From contig OZ241828.1 in assembly GCA_965202585.1 (NCBI GenBank), forward strand, positions 27,838,001 through 27,902,000: DNA of 64,000 nt. Direction: 5' to 3'. Below the pieces are notes generated by a model. The model had not been told where the DNA came from. It ran no database searches and was given only the letters and a program-made list of their open reading frames with translations. Below, piece after piece: positions 1-12,850 of this stretch. The first letter of the stretch is position 1. The number at the start of each line of letters is the position of its first letter. Both the position numbers and the translations under genes were made by a program. Origin of the DNA: Thalia democratica (Eukaryota).

Positions 1-1720
1 TATTTTATATCTGTTGTTATCGCTTTTTACATTTTGACAAATTGTCACAACATAAGTTTGAAAAACATAAATTTATAAGAATTTATATTTTACATTTATT
101 TTTTTTTTAAATAAATAAGGTGAAAGTTTGTAAAAAAGGGGAATACTTTCTAGGATATTAAAAAATGAGGATAAATCTGGCTAGTTTTAGGTTACAAGAT
201 TTTAGTCTTTCAAGACAGTTTAAAAACTTTAGAAGCAACAGTATTTTAAGTGTATGCTGTATCTACTGTTGTTTTTATTTTTTATGAAGGGTGGCCAAAT
301 AACTTGGATACCTTAAATTTAGGAATCAGGTTAAAAATTCTGCAAAAAAAATATAGACAATAGAATTTTCTTAAACTTTAAAAAAGATTCTTTTTTTTTA
401 ATTAACATTTATCTATTGAAACTACGTTAAACTTAAAACATTTAGGATTTGGATCCGAATCTGACCTGATTATAATTTAAAAAACAGATCCGAATCTGGC
501 CGGATCTTAAATGTTTGATTTAGTAGATCACTAGTTAAGCAGACAGTTTCAAATTCTCATTATAAAACATGTTCCTGGAAACAGTAAAACATGAGTAAGA
601 TACTATTAAAAATTAAAGTTATATTGTGTAAATACTCAAAGTATGTTATAGATACAATTGGCGCGTCATGTAGTCGTGTCGTAGAGATAGCCTCAGTTTT
701 TTCAGTCCATAATTTTTTTATATAAAGTCTTTCAGTAAATTTTAGCTTCAAATTAAGACAGGTTTAACTTTAGTCAAAGAGTTAACCCATGTAATTAGTT
801 AATTCTTAGGTAAAAAATACATTTAAAGTGTACAATTTATTATTATTATTTTACTTTAGTTAGATTTAGGGGCAAAAAGTAATCATGTTATATGTAAAGC
901 GATTAACATTAACTTATTTAATTCATATTATGATGCATTTAAATAGTTTTTGTTAAAGAACTTCACTAGTCGTATTGTTTCTTAAAAAGCTATTCATTTA
1001 AAGTTTATTACAACACTGTGGCTTACCAAGGATTGCTCAATTAAATAAATTGACTTATTTGAAATTAAATATTGAATTAGCTTAATAATTTTAACTTTTT
1101 AGTAAAAGAGGTCACCTGTTTAAAGTAATTTAAAGTGTTTTGTATTTAAAATTTTATTTTAACATGACTATAATTATGTAAAAGTACAAAATATTAATTA
1201 TATATAAAAACTTCCTTGTTACATATTAATTTTTATGGTTGTACAGACTTTATTACAATTTACTATCAATATAGTGTTAAAAATAACACAAGAACTGTTT
1301 TGAACTTATAAAAAAAGTTTTAAACCTTGAAATTATCATGAAAAGATGTATACCTTTAGAAACACAAACTTTATATGATCCTATGAAAAAATTACTTTTA
1401 GTTTGTATTTATTTGCTGAAATTTAAAAAAGAAAAATTTTCATTTTTCCGTGTGGAGAACTGTAAAGAACAGTTGACAGATATTGTATTTAAAATTCTTC
1501 TCAAATAAGCAAAGTATTGTATTTTAAACTAAAAAATACCATTTAGTTAAACAACCAATGCTATACATTTGATGTTATAAAACTAAAAGTAAATATGCAT
1601 TAAAATTTAAGTTATTGTTTAAATTTAGATAACTAATTATCTTATCAATATTTTATTGTTTAAACTTTTCAGGCCAAATTATCACCCACAGAGCTTCAAA
1701 TAATTCAGGCTGTATTATTT

Positions 1721-2168
1721 CGTTTATAGTTGCACAAGCGTACAAAATTGTACAAGGGGACAAGATTGAATAAATGTACAGTATCGCTTGAAAATACTTT
1801 TGCAGGGTAAAATTTTTTTTTCTAATTTTATTTATTATTATTTTTCTAAATTTATATTTTTTAATTTACTATCACTGTTACCCCTAATCCTTACCCACTG
1901 TCGGTAGTTTTTTTTTCTTTTGTTTTTATTATAATTTTTATTAATAATTTTCTAATTTATATATTTACTATCACTTTAACCCCTAAACCTTACCCTCGCT
2001 CAGTAACTTTTTTTTTAATTACTAGTTTTCTTTAGTTAATACTTTTTTCTAGCTTTTTTTTTTTGTATTTTTTTACTCTTGTGCTAAAATGTAACTTGTG
2101 TAAACTGACCCTTGGTGCAAAAATTTTCTTCGTGCAATGTTGTCTTTGTGCAATTTAGACCCGTTTCC
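1721..2168. mobile_element. MULE-like MITE (GTGCAA/TTGCAC-repeat family)
   Basis: Arms built of TTGCAC/GTGCAA repeats, ending GTGCAATTTAGACCCGTTTCC. Flanked by GTATTATTT/AAATTATTT (7/9 TSD). The homologous sites at ~3180 and ~15455 are empty. Confidence 0.7.
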
Positions 2169-2424
2169 AAATTATTTGGCTAAAAATCAATAACACAATT
2201 CAATGTTTACAGCTATATTGTTTTATGAATATTTTTTTAACCAACTATTTTAATTTTTATGAAATAAAATGATAAAGTTGGTAATAAATGAAGAAACTAA
2301 GCTAAAATTTCAATTTTTGAATAATGGATGTTTGTTATTTTTATTTAATATTTAGTAACATGGCAATTTATTTATTATAAAAGAGATTTAAACAGATTTT
2401 ATGAATACTATTATAAACATAAAA

Positions 2425-2559
2425 ATGGATCGAAACATGTTTTGTAAAAACAAAGTTAGTAAGAGTGAGTCTTCAGCAGTAAAAAATACAACTGCGAAAA
2501 ACTTTTACTTATCACAAAAAAAGCACTTTATTAATGGTATTAATAATAAATTTCTTTAA
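2425..2559 (+). pseudogene. Truncated third start of the acidic gene (44 codons)
   Basis: Translates MDRNMFCKNKVSKSESSAVKNTTAKNFYLSQK. Homology stops at ~2519 and the sequence runs into a second copy of the upstream region; stop codon at 2557-2559. Confidence 0.8.
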
Positions 2560-3454
2560 AAGATATTTGTTCTATTACAACTTTGTGGCTTACAAAGAAT
2601 TGCTCAATTATATAACTGTTTTTTTTTTAATTAAATAATAAATTAGCTTTAAAAATTTTATTTAGTAAAAACTCTCAACTTTTTAAATATATTTAAAGTT
2701 TTTTTAGCATAACTATAATTTTGTAAAGATACAAAATAACAATTATGTTTAAAAACTTCATTAATATGTGTTAATTATTATAGTTGTATAGACTTAAATA
2801 TAGTCTTAAAAATTACACAAGAATTGTTTCGAACCTATAACAAAAAGGTGTTACATCTTAAAATTTTCATGAAAAGATGTATACCTTTAGAAACACTAAT
2901 TCAATATGACTCTTATAGAAAAATTATTTTTATTTTGCAATTATTTATGGAAACTTAAAAAAACATTTTTTATATTTTAGTGTAGAGGACTGTAATTAAC
3001 AATCAATGTTCAATTTCCTTCAATATTCTTCTGAAATAACCTGAGAATTGTATTTCAAACTAAAAAACTACTTAACTATGTGGAATGAATGTTGTTCATT
3101 TGATTTTATAAAACTAATTAATTTGTTTAATCTTTTAAGGCAAAATTATTATTATCCACGTAGCTTCAAATAATTCAGGCTATATTAGATGGCTACAAAC
3201 CAATTACATTTTTTTTTATATTATGTGATAATGTTTACAGCTTTTTAGTTTTATGGATGTTTTTTAAACTAGCTATTTTAATTTTTATAAAATAAATTAA
3301 TATAATTGTTAATAAATGAAAAAACTAAGCTAAAGTTTCAATTTTTTTGGCATCATATGAAGCTTGATATTTTATTTACTATTTAGTAACATTGCTATTA
3401 CTTAAATAAAATAATTACTTTAACAGAATTTATAAAAACTTTTAAAACATAAAA

Positions 3455-4990
3455 ATGGACCCAAACATGTTTTGTACAAACAAAGTTAGTAAAAATGAGT
3501 CTTCAGCAGTAAAAAATATAACTGCAAAAAAGGTTTTCTTATCAGAAAAGTTTGGTTATATAAAAAATCAATTAAAAAACCTGTCTCATTGGGCAAGGAA
3601 TTGGAATGATAAAAATGTTTGTATACTATCACCTTCTCAAAGGTTTTCTCAAATTAAAAGAGAACTTGAAGATTTGACCAATTTTATTGAGTCTAGCTCT
3701 AAAGAATATGAAAGAATACAGATCAGAGAAGAAATTAAAGATATTACTAAAAGTGTTGAAAAAGATAAGAGAGAAATAGCAACTCTCACTATAAATGTTG
3801 AAGAAAAAACAAAACTTATTTCTCACCTCAAAACAAAGTTGGATTTCCTCGAAGAAGATTCCAGCAGTGAGGACAGTAGTTCAGATAAGGGTGATAGTAG
3901 TAGTGATGACTATAGTGAACATACTGAATACATTAGTGATGGAGACAACGATGATGATGATCATAAGAGTCACGAAAGTAGTAGTGACGAAAGTAGTGGT
4001 GATGATAACAATGGTGGCAATAATGATGAAGACACTGAATATAGTGATCATGAAAGTAGTAACATTGATGAAAATGATAATAAGGATAGTGTTGGAAGTA
4101 GCAGTACATGCAAAGATGGTTACAGTGATAACAGCAGTAAAGATAAAATTACTGAATCCAACGTTTCAGAAGATTATTACACAGGTGGTAGTGATGATAA
4201 TGATGAAAGTACAGAATACAGTATTGATGGTAGCAGTAATGATGAAGGTGGTTTTTATAAGGATACTGTTGGGAATAGTACACAAGATGAAGGTATGAGT
4301 GAACATGTAAACAATGTTGAAGATGATAATGTTAATTCTTATAACCATAATGAAAGTTATGACAATGATTTCTTAATTGATTTTCCTTTAGCTTTAGGCT
4401 GTAGCGATAATAAAAACATTAAAGATAGCGGCAATAAATATAATGATAAAGATGATAAATTTAATTTATTTTTAAATAATCAACCTATCAGTTATAAAGA
4501 CAGTATTATTAAAGAAAGTAGAGATTTTGGGAAAATTCCGCCCAAAATGTTGTTTCAAATTAAAAAGCAGGCCAGGCTAGAAAAAAAAGTGTCCTTGATA
4601 AAAGAAGCTTTTGCATCGAGCTGTGAAGATTCTGCTTATAATGAAAGTTCAATTTCTAGCGACGATCCTTTTTCAACAATTAATTTGTTTAAAAACAAAA
4701 ATTTTGTGGCTCTAAAGCTCCTTGTAAAGTGTAAACTCCAGCACATTCAGACAAATGCCGAGATATTAGTTCAAATTCTCGATCATGAAAACCTGGTAAA
4801 AATGCCATCGCCAGAAAACAGCTTGCTTGTAAGTCTTATTAAAGAAAGTGGTTGGCTAAGTGCTACTTATAAAAAGTTAAAAGATCTATACAAAGATTTG
4901 GGTTACGGTGATTTTGATATTTCTGAAACAGACGCCAATGGTGATAATGACGTCAATAGTGACGCAGATGATAACGTGTATGATAAATAA
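3455..4990 (+). CDS. Intronless Ser/Asp/Asn-rich acidic protein, copy A (511 aa), unknown family
   Basis: 1.5-kb open frame in very AT-rich DNA. N-terminal ~135 aa (coiled-coil-like) and C-terminal ~130 aa are conserved with the paralogue at 15724, with only in-frame indels between them. No domain recognised. Confidence 0.85.
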   Translation: MDPNMFCTNKVSKNESSAVKNITAKKVFLSEKFGYIKNQLKNLSHWARNWNDKNVCILSPSQRFSQIKRELEDLTNFIESSSKEYERIQIREEIKDITKSVEKDKREIATLTINVEEKTKLISHLKTKLDFLEEDSSSEDSSSDKGDSSSDDYSEHTEYISDGDNDDDDHKSHESSSDESSGDDNNGGNNDEDTEYSDHESSNIDENDNKDSVGSSSTCKDGYSDNSSKDKITESNVSEDYYTGGSDDNDESTEYSIDGSSNDEGGFYKDTVGNSTQDEGMSEHVNNVEDDNVNSYNHNESYDNDFLIDFPLALGCSDNKNIKDSGNKYNDKDDKFNLFLNNQPISYKDSIIKESRDFGKIPPKMLFQIKKQARLEKKVSLIKEAFASSCEDSAYNESSISSDDPFSTINLFKNKNFVALKLLVKCKLQHIQTNAEILVQILDHENLVKMPSPENSLLVSLIKESGWLSATYKKLKDLYKDLGYGDFDISETDANGDNDVNSDADDNVYDK

Positions 4991-6224
4991 ATCTCCTAAT
5001 TACAAAAGTTTCTCGTTACTGAAAAGAGCATTCAGTGTTAAAGGCATTTCTATTATAGAGAATAGAACTTTTATATGTTTAATTATCGATGTTATTTAAA
5101 ATAAAAAAATAATGCATACATAACTCTGAGTATTTATATTACAAAATTTTGGAAAATGTTTTTATTTTATTTCAACTAATAGTTTTTATATCAGTAAACT
5201 TTTATCAATTGGTTTACAATATTCTTAATTCTTTTATATTACAGCTAAAATAAAACAATAAAATTCTTATTTTAGAATATATATTTTTATCTTAGTAAAT
5301 TTTCAAAATCCTTTTTAACAAGTTTATATGAAAATAGAATGTTTTCTTAAACTATAACTATTTGTACGAGCCTTAAAGTGTTACGACTTAAAAACTTTTT
5401 ATCTACTGGTTTTTAGTTTTATATTTTACGTTTTGAATAATAAAGATGTGTCTAGAATAATTGTACTGCTTTTATGCAAATAAGATTTTAATTAGTATTT
5501 CTTTTTATACGGTAAAATTATATTTACAACATCCAAAAAACAATTTGTGTTTTATAACGACAGTGAAATCTAATGATTAGTGTTTTTAAAGTAGTAAAGT
5601 ATCTTTAAAAGACAAAGCAACATTAATGTATTATGTGTATGAAATATTTGGCTCGATTAGCATTTTTTGCATTTTTTGAAAATAGTACAAATTTTAAATC
5701 GAATTATTGTACTTATATTTAAAGCTAACTAAGATTATTTTTATGATAAAAAACTTGCATTTAATTTAAAAAAATGGATTGTATTTTGAGTTGGGCCCTT
5801 TAGAGATACGTGTATTTTTTTGCAGCAAATAATATTTTTTTCTTTTTAGTATTCTTATTTTGTTGTATTTTCAAGGGTAGTTGTTTTGTTTTTTTCCTAG
5901 TTTCTTGTATTTTAATAATAATATATCTATTAAGTTTCGTTATTTAGGAGAAGTTTTTATTATAAAAATGTAAATTTTTATTAATTGTTTTAAAACAAAT
6001 AAACGTATCAATTTTTTTTAAATAAATAAATCAGATATATCAATAGCTTTTAAAATCTGTCAATAATCACGTAAATGTTAAGTTATTTTTCAAACTATTT
6101 GGTAGCAAAACTTTCCAATTATGTAAATTGCACTTATAAAATGGTAGGTTGGTAAAAGTTTTGAATTTTGCGCAATAGATATTATACATTAGTTCTGTTT
6201 TAATTTTTACACAAGAGTAAAAAA

Positions 6225-6555
6225 ATAGAGATAATAAATAAAAAATAAAACTGTGAAAAGAAAAGCGAGAAATTAATAAAAATGTTAACAAAAAAAACAA
6301 CAAAGTTTCCGACCGAGTATAAAAACTAGGGCTACCAAAAAATATAACTAATTAAAATAATTAGTCAAAAAAAAATAATTAAAAACAAGTTAAAAAACAA
6401 CACTAACCAAAGGGCTAAGGGTATTAGTATTAGTAAACAAATAATAAAGTTAAAGTTTGTAGAAAAAAAATCAACCCGTGCAAAAGTGTCTTTGGGCAAA
6501 CATGTCCCTTCGTGAAAAAGTGACCCTTTATGCAAAAGTGTCCCTTCGAGCATAT
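6225..6555 (-). mobile_element. Partial copy of the GTGCAA MITE family
   Basis: GTGCAAAAGTGTCTTTG / GTGAAAAAGTGACCC / ATGCAAAAGTGTCCC repeats are the reverse complement of the 38940-39130 arm. Confidence 0.6.
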
Positions 6556-7018
6556 TAAACATCTATTTGTTTCCAATAGACCCTGTTTGGTAAAGTAAAA
6601 TATTTTAAGTAACTCTATTTATTTAAGCAAAATAAAAGTTGAATTGTTAACACGGTTAACTTATTTGTTTACTTTATCAAATAGTATTTTTTATTTGTGT
6701 AAACAATATTATATGAAATAAGATTTAAAAAAAAAAACAGCATGATTACTATTAATTATATAAATAGTATAAAAGAGATTTACTCGGCACCTTAAAAATG
6801 TAAAAGTGTACAATAATTGTTTTAGAAGTGTCATTACCTCTTACTATAATTAAATCTAGTTATTCTTTTTGAGGCTTACAAGTTTTCTGTTTTATTTTGT
6901 TGTGTTTATTTGTGATTAGCTACGGAAACCTAGAAACGCTTGACTGAGCAGAAAAATTATCTCAGTTAGCTTAAAAATAGCCTACTTCAAATCCACTGTA
7001 GATTCAGTTCTTTCTGGT

Positions 7019-7090
7019 GACCGCGTGGCCCAATGGATAAGGCGTCTGACTCCTAATCAGGAAACTACGGGTTCGAGTTCCGGCGTGGTC
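7019..7090 (+). tRNA. tRNA-Arg(CCT), damaged copy (probable pseudogene)
   Basis: GACCGCG acceptor stem, anticodon arm TCTGA-CT CCT AA-TCAGG and TTCGAGT T-loop, with a T-tract after. The T-stem ACGGG/TCCGG has an A:G mismatch and the variable loop differs from the 20408 copy. Confidence 0.75.
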
Positions 7091-7139
7091 TTATTTTTTA
7101 ACTTTATATACACTTGATATATTTAAACACTACTCAAAC

Positions 7140-7295
7140 AAATTCAAAAAACCAAAGGAAGAAAAGACACTTGCAAACTATGTTTAACAGAGACCCTAAC
7201 AATTTTAGAAGAGAATGGAACGGTATCAACAGAAGAAACTCATGAACAAATGCAGACATAAAACAAAAAACTACTTAAAAACTGGAAATGCCGAA
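7140..7295 (+). mobile_element. Penelope-like element 3' fragment (GIY-YIG C-terminus)
   Basis: Frameshifted translation KDTCKLCLTETLTILEE...KLMNKCRHK matches the C..C...LNKRSEL...RH tail of the element at 21026-21283. Confidence 0.6.
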
Positions 7296-7761
7296 GCAAA
7301 GTGCTCTACAAAATTTATTATGTCTGTTGTACTTATTCTTATGTTTTTGTGACATATTTTTGTTCTTTTTAATTAATTTCTGTTAAAGATTTTATACTCT
7401 AAAAGCAAACTAATTAACTTTATTCAAATACAATTAACACGCCCAATTAGTTTTCTAATTTTTAATATATATATATTGCCATATGTAGTGATTTTTAAGT
7501 TTATTTTGATTGTAGATTACTGGTAGTTATACCACTGCAAAACTTTATTTTGAAATAAATTTAGAAGAACTGAATAATTTATTTAAACACTAGAATCGTA
7601 TTTTTGTCAGATGACCGCGTGGCCCTATAACCACTGACCGGTGGCTCGGTCGTAGTTTGGTTAGGTAAATGTTTGATTTGGCCCTTTGCCTTTGTTTGTG
7701 ACCGCGTCATGCGTTTTATGTCCTCCATCGATAAGCCTTTGGACGACATGAACTATCAATT

Positions 7762-7786
7762 TATATATATATATATATATATATAT
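7762..7786. repeat. (TA)n microsatellite
   Basis: About 12 TA units. Confidence 0.95.
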
Positions 7787-10700
7787 GATATTATAAAAAG
7801 TTCAAATGGAACGCTCATTATTTTTTATGTCTTGATCTTACTACTAAGCTAACGTAAAGAAATCAATTTTAATGGAATAGATATTTATATACAACAAAAA
7901 ACAAAATACGATAATGTGATAAAGTGAGTAACGTTATGCAGTTCTACGACTTCGAAGTTTTTGTAAGCTTACTGCCCGTTTGTTGGCTAAGACTTAAACA
8001 GATCGAACTGTTATTCTATCCTCTGCAGTATTCTACTACCTTTGCCCGTTTCATCAACAACAACCCGCACACACAACCAAAACATCATTTAAACATACTA
8101 AAATAAATTTAAATTTTTTACTCTCTTCTCTACTTATTAAGTCACGCGCAAAAGCCTTTCTGTAATTTCTCACTTAAACTTATGTCAACTCCTTTGTTAA
8201 AATTTTCCCACTTAAACTTATATTGAAATCTTTGATGTAATTTTCAACTTAAACTTTTCTTTGACTCCTTCATTGTACATCTAGAAACAAGTAGTAAATT
8301 ACTACGTGTTATACTACCCTTTCTACCATACTTAGTTGTTTTGTTTTATTTCTGAGTACTAATTTCTTTGGATGTTTTTCCTCGTTCTAGCTTTTGACCA
8401 AGTAGAAGCTACTACTTGTTATACTACCCTTCATTAACTTTATTTTTTCTTTCAATCATTTGAATGAGGGTTTGTAGTTTGTACTTACTATCAATAGACT
8501 AAATCTCTATCCAACTTCAGGCACTACACTCAAAAAACCTCACTACAGTCGTTAGTAGAACTAAGAAAAGCTAGAAATTGCAGTTTTTTTTTACCGAAAA
8601 TTTTAAACTCTACTTGAAAAAAATGAATTGCTTGAGACTCATTTTTCTTTTAAGAAACAAACACAAAAATAGAATAAAAAACAATACTAGTATTTTAATA
8701 TTTACTAGAAGAATCTCTATCTCTTACTATATAATTTAATTTCAAACAATGTTAATTTAATAATAAGCATGAACAGCAAAACAAAAAACCGTTCTCATTG
8801 AAATCAATAATAATGTTCTTTAATGAAACAATAGTTTTCAGCTTAGTTGTTTTTTTTTTCAAAATAACTTAGAAATACATTTTTGTAGCAATACACAAAA
8901 TTATTTTTTAAAGCGATTTTCTTGAGAAAATAAGATTATAAGATGTTAGCAACTATACACAATATTTAAAACACAAAAAACAATAAAATTCAGTTAGTAC
9001 CTAAGTTATACAACTTGTCTTGAAAGTTCGCGTAAAAAGCTTCTCAGTATTTCGGGAACGTTCTTCGAATTGTCTTCCTTCTGTACATTGTGATGATCGC
9101 CACATGTAAATAAACTTACAGTTAAAAACTCTCTTATTTTTCATAAGCATTCGTAGTGCACAGTGTGCATAGAAATTTGTTTGAGCAAAGTCATCATAAG
9201 ACTTAAATTAAAAGCACTACTGTATACCTTAAATCAAATTAAAAGCACATTTATATACAATTTTCACAATAAAACTTTTTTATTATGCTTATTCAAAGTT
9301 GATCTAAAGCTAAAGCCTAAGTAAGAAGCCAAATATCTATGTTTGCCTGTAAAATCCGGTTTACGGGCTCTAAATGTAAACTTAATTAACAATATCTAGC
9401 AAATAATGACGCATATTTAAATTATTATGTGGTATGCTATTCGTACAAGTAACACGTAAATAATTTTTTTTTAAAGGGAAATTTGGAAAAGTTATCACAA
9501 AAACTAGAAGTAAACAGAGTCTAGACTACACTAGAAAGCAAAAGTATTAGAAAGTAAAAGAATATTAGACTAACTTTAAAGAAATTACAGTTTTTAGGAA
9601 CCTGATAAAATTTAAACAACAACCACCATCTAACTTTGTAGATAATCCTATTATCATAATTGTTGTAAAAATGCAATAAGAAATTGTCGATCTCAAACTA
9701 AACGCTTTAAATGATAAAATACTAGGTTGAAAATACGTTGACTGATCTTAATAAAGATAAAAAAGATTTTAAATAATTAAGTCGAACCCGGCAAAAAGTC
9801 CACACAAATGAACTGAAGGTGTTCATTTTCTTTTTCTATTTTTATTTGTACTTATTGTTTCTCGCTTACTTTTTTCTTTTATTATACGAATTAAACCTTT
9901 AAGTTTGATTTATGTTTAGTATACAAATTTACTTAAAATTAATTGTTTTATTAGTTCCTTATTTGTTAAAAAATATTCTCTTAAAACTTTGTTCTTGGTT
10001 TAAAGTTTTATAACTCGATAGTAATTTCGATTTTAAGGAACTATTTAAAAACTTGTTTATAAATTTTTAGAGAAAAAAAAACTATACACGCTTTCTAATT
10101 ATTTTGGTAATAATATTACTATTTGTAATATATTTTTGAATGTTATAAAGTTTATGTTTTAAGGCAAATTAAAGCTTTGTCTGCACAACTTTTCAAACAT
10201 TTTGTTTTTGTAAAAAAAGAGGTCTTAATTTGGTAATTTTTTTTATAATTTTTTACCGTAATTTATAAAAAACACTAAAATTACTCAAGCGTGTAATTTT
10301 AATACAATTCAAACTAAGCTTTTTCAGCATTTATAGTCAGTTAACATAGCAACTTATTAGCATTTTGCAATCTTGCTAAAAAGAATAAATTCTTAACTTA
10401 AGAAAAATTGTTAATATAAAATAAAGCTTTAGTTAAAATCAATTAAGCTACTTTATTGTTTTAAGTACTGTTTGTGTTTTCATACTTTAGTTGTATCAAC
10501 TTTATTTAGCTTTTTGTAATAAAATTCTGTTTATTGGACAATAAAAAAAGTGCTGGAAAAGTTTTACTTAGGTACCTAGTTTAAAAAATAGACCTTTTTA
10601 AGTTATCGAGTCATATCCAAAGCATTAAAATTTAATATTTGATAAAAAATTAAAAAAAAACTCTTTTATCGGATTTAAGGAACAAAATGGCTTATTTATT

Positions 10701-12589
10701 TTTTTATTTTGTTTACTTACCATATCAACTCAATTAAACTATTGTATCTACATTATTTTTTAAGTTGAGGTAAGGGCGACACAATTTATTGTTAAATATA
10801 CATTAAATATATACAAAAATAGAAAGTTTTTAATTGCTAGGTTATTTAAGTACCTTTTGTAATAGTTATTTGAGAAATATCTCAAATATTTTATTCTACA
10901 CAGTTGGCACTTTAAGTTATGTTCTTTTTTCAAATTTATAAACAATTTACAATCTCTGTTCAGAAAGAAAAATAATTTATAATATTATTTTAAATAAGAA
11001 TTTTTTTTTAAAACAGCATAATAATACAATTAATAAATTCTAATTTTTTCATCACTTTTTTTTAATTGATTGATTTATATTACAGTAAAAATCACTATAA
11101 AAATATATATACATATAATAAAAGTTAATTTAAAACTTTTAAAATTTTTAAAGATTGTGTATAATTCATTTTGATGTATTATGCTAAAAGCTAATATTGG
11201 TTTAAATTTTCTGTTTGATTTGATTATTTCAGACTAGTTCAAAACTTTTTAAATTATTTTTAATAATTAAAAAAGTTTGAAATTAATTTTAATTTTTTTG
11301 AAAATACTCAGACTAGACTTTATAGCTTAAATATTTTTTTTTATTCTAAAAATTATTTTTGTTATGTTTGATGACAACCTCATAATTTGTTATACTACTT
11401 TTTGTATCATAAAAGCTTATATATCTATAAGGCATTTTTCATCATTTTTAAGGTTGTAATGCATTACTTCTATTTTTTTTAATTGACACCAGCTAGTTTG
11501 ATTTAACTTGGACTAATTTTTTAACTTTTTGGGCAGTAAGCATGAAAAGTTTTAATTATTAAGATTTAATTTATTATGCCTTCTAAATTAGTTTGAAATG
11601 TCTGAAGGAATGAAAATAAAGTTAAATTCTAACATTAAATGCTCATCATTAATAAATTTAGTTTGACATAAATAGTAAAAAAAAATTTGGATATTTATTT
11701 TGTTAGTTTTAGTAATCTGAGATATATAATGTGTTTAGAGCAGGCTTTCAAGTTTTTTTTTCTATTTGCTCCCTTTCAAGAAATTGAAAAGACTATTGCC
11801 CCCTCCAACAAAAATACCATTTATAACACTTAAGAAATATCTTTTTGGTCTTTGTCTGCAACTCAAGAATATCTAGTGTAAGTTTCAAAATTGCTTATAA
11901 ATATACTTAAAACCTTTTTTTTTTGCTTTTCTTCTGCAATTCAAGAATATTAGAGTAAGTTTCAAAATTAACATATACTTTTAGCTTTAGAGTTTTAGTA
12001 GTGTTTTGTCTGTAATATAAATGTACTTTTAGCGTTTATATAGACCAAGAAGCTATTGATTGGTAATAAATATGTTATTCAAAAACTCAAACTAAACAAT
12101 TTTTTAGAGGTTATTTTAATAGTAAATGAAAAAGTAAAACAAGCTCACTATATAGTTAAAAATTGATAAAAAAAAAGTATACATAAGCTATCTAGTTTGA
12201 CTTTCTCTTAAGTTACTTTATAAGTATAAGTAGTTGTATGATTTTTGTATTTTATTTCTTTATTTATAACTTTAAGTTTTCAATTAAATTTATAAAATTT
12301 AGTTAAATAGATTTTTAAATTGATTCTTAAGTTTTAAAGCTCTACGTTAGAACAGAAAAACAGAAGGTAGTTAAAATTTTTATTTATTAAACTAAACTAT
12401 ATATTTTATATTACGTCTATTGTAATATTTAAAATTGTTTATTTATTAAAGTTTATAGCTTAAAAAACTATAATTAAGTAAATGATAACTCTGTTTAATA
12501 AATGTGTATTTTTATACAAAAAAATCATTTTGTTTATATTAAAAATAATCAAAAAAACTTGACAATTTTTTTTCAATGTTGATATAATC

Positions 12590-12715
12590 TTTAGTATATA
12601 TTCTAATCTCAAACTTAACTTTAAACTAAAAATAGACCAAAAAAAATATTTTAAAGAACCTTGAAAAAAATTCAAAAAACCTGGAAAAAAATATTAAAAA
12701 CTAGTGGCCAACCTG
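12590..12715 (+). mobile_element. 3' part of a CAGGGT-TIR MITE (same family as 54032-54374)
   Basis: AAACTAAAAATAGACCAAAAAA...CCTGGAAAAAAA...AGTGGCCAACCTG matches the 3' end of the 54032 element. Confidence 0.65.
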
Positions 12716-12769
12716 TTTAAAAAAGCCATCAATGTGTTAAATTTTTAACCTAGGTATGAATAAATGATA

Positions 12770-12850
12770 TACCAGATCCGACCACTTTTTGCTTAGATTC
12801 GGATCAGGCTAGATCTTAACTGAGATTTGGCCGGATCCGAATCCATTTAG
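12770..12850. mobile_element. GGATCCGAATC-motif MITE remnant (related pieces at ~445-532 and ~17997-18050)
   Basis: Clustered GATCCGA/GGATC/GGCCGGATC motifs. TAGTGATC/GATCACTA ends are seen at 17997 and ~531. Confidence 0.45.

Larger units (their letters stand above)
960..3545. repeat. Tandem duplication of the upstream region plus first ~31 codons of the acidic gene
   Basis: Blocks TTACAAC(A/T)(C/T)TGTGGCTTAC (~1006, ~2575), GAAAAGATGTATACCTTTAGAAACAC (~1340, ~2871), GCTTCAAATAATTCAGGCT (~1693, ~3163) and AAACTAAGCTAAA (~2295, ~3322) recur in the same order. Confidence 0.85.

Noticed and set aside
3629-4348. ORFs 3629-3826(-), 3795-4298(+), 4166-4348(-) and equivalents at 15898-17096
   Set aside because: Shadows of the GAT/AGT-rich acidic CDS: biased codons leave other frames stop-poor, and the products are low-complexity V/M/I/L repeats.
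7640-8110. GC-richer blocks with possible minus-strand coding remnants (VVDETGKGSRILQRIE)
   Set aside because: Several stops, no splice logic and no recognisable family.
9010-9200. Possible minus-strand zinc-finger-like remnant (FLCTLCTT...)
   Set aside because: Needs frameshifts and stop read-through, and the His spacing is not convincing.
9775-9800. B-box-like CCGGGTTCGAC on the minus strand
   Set aside because: No A box or cloverleaf nearby; at most a SINE or tRNA crumb.
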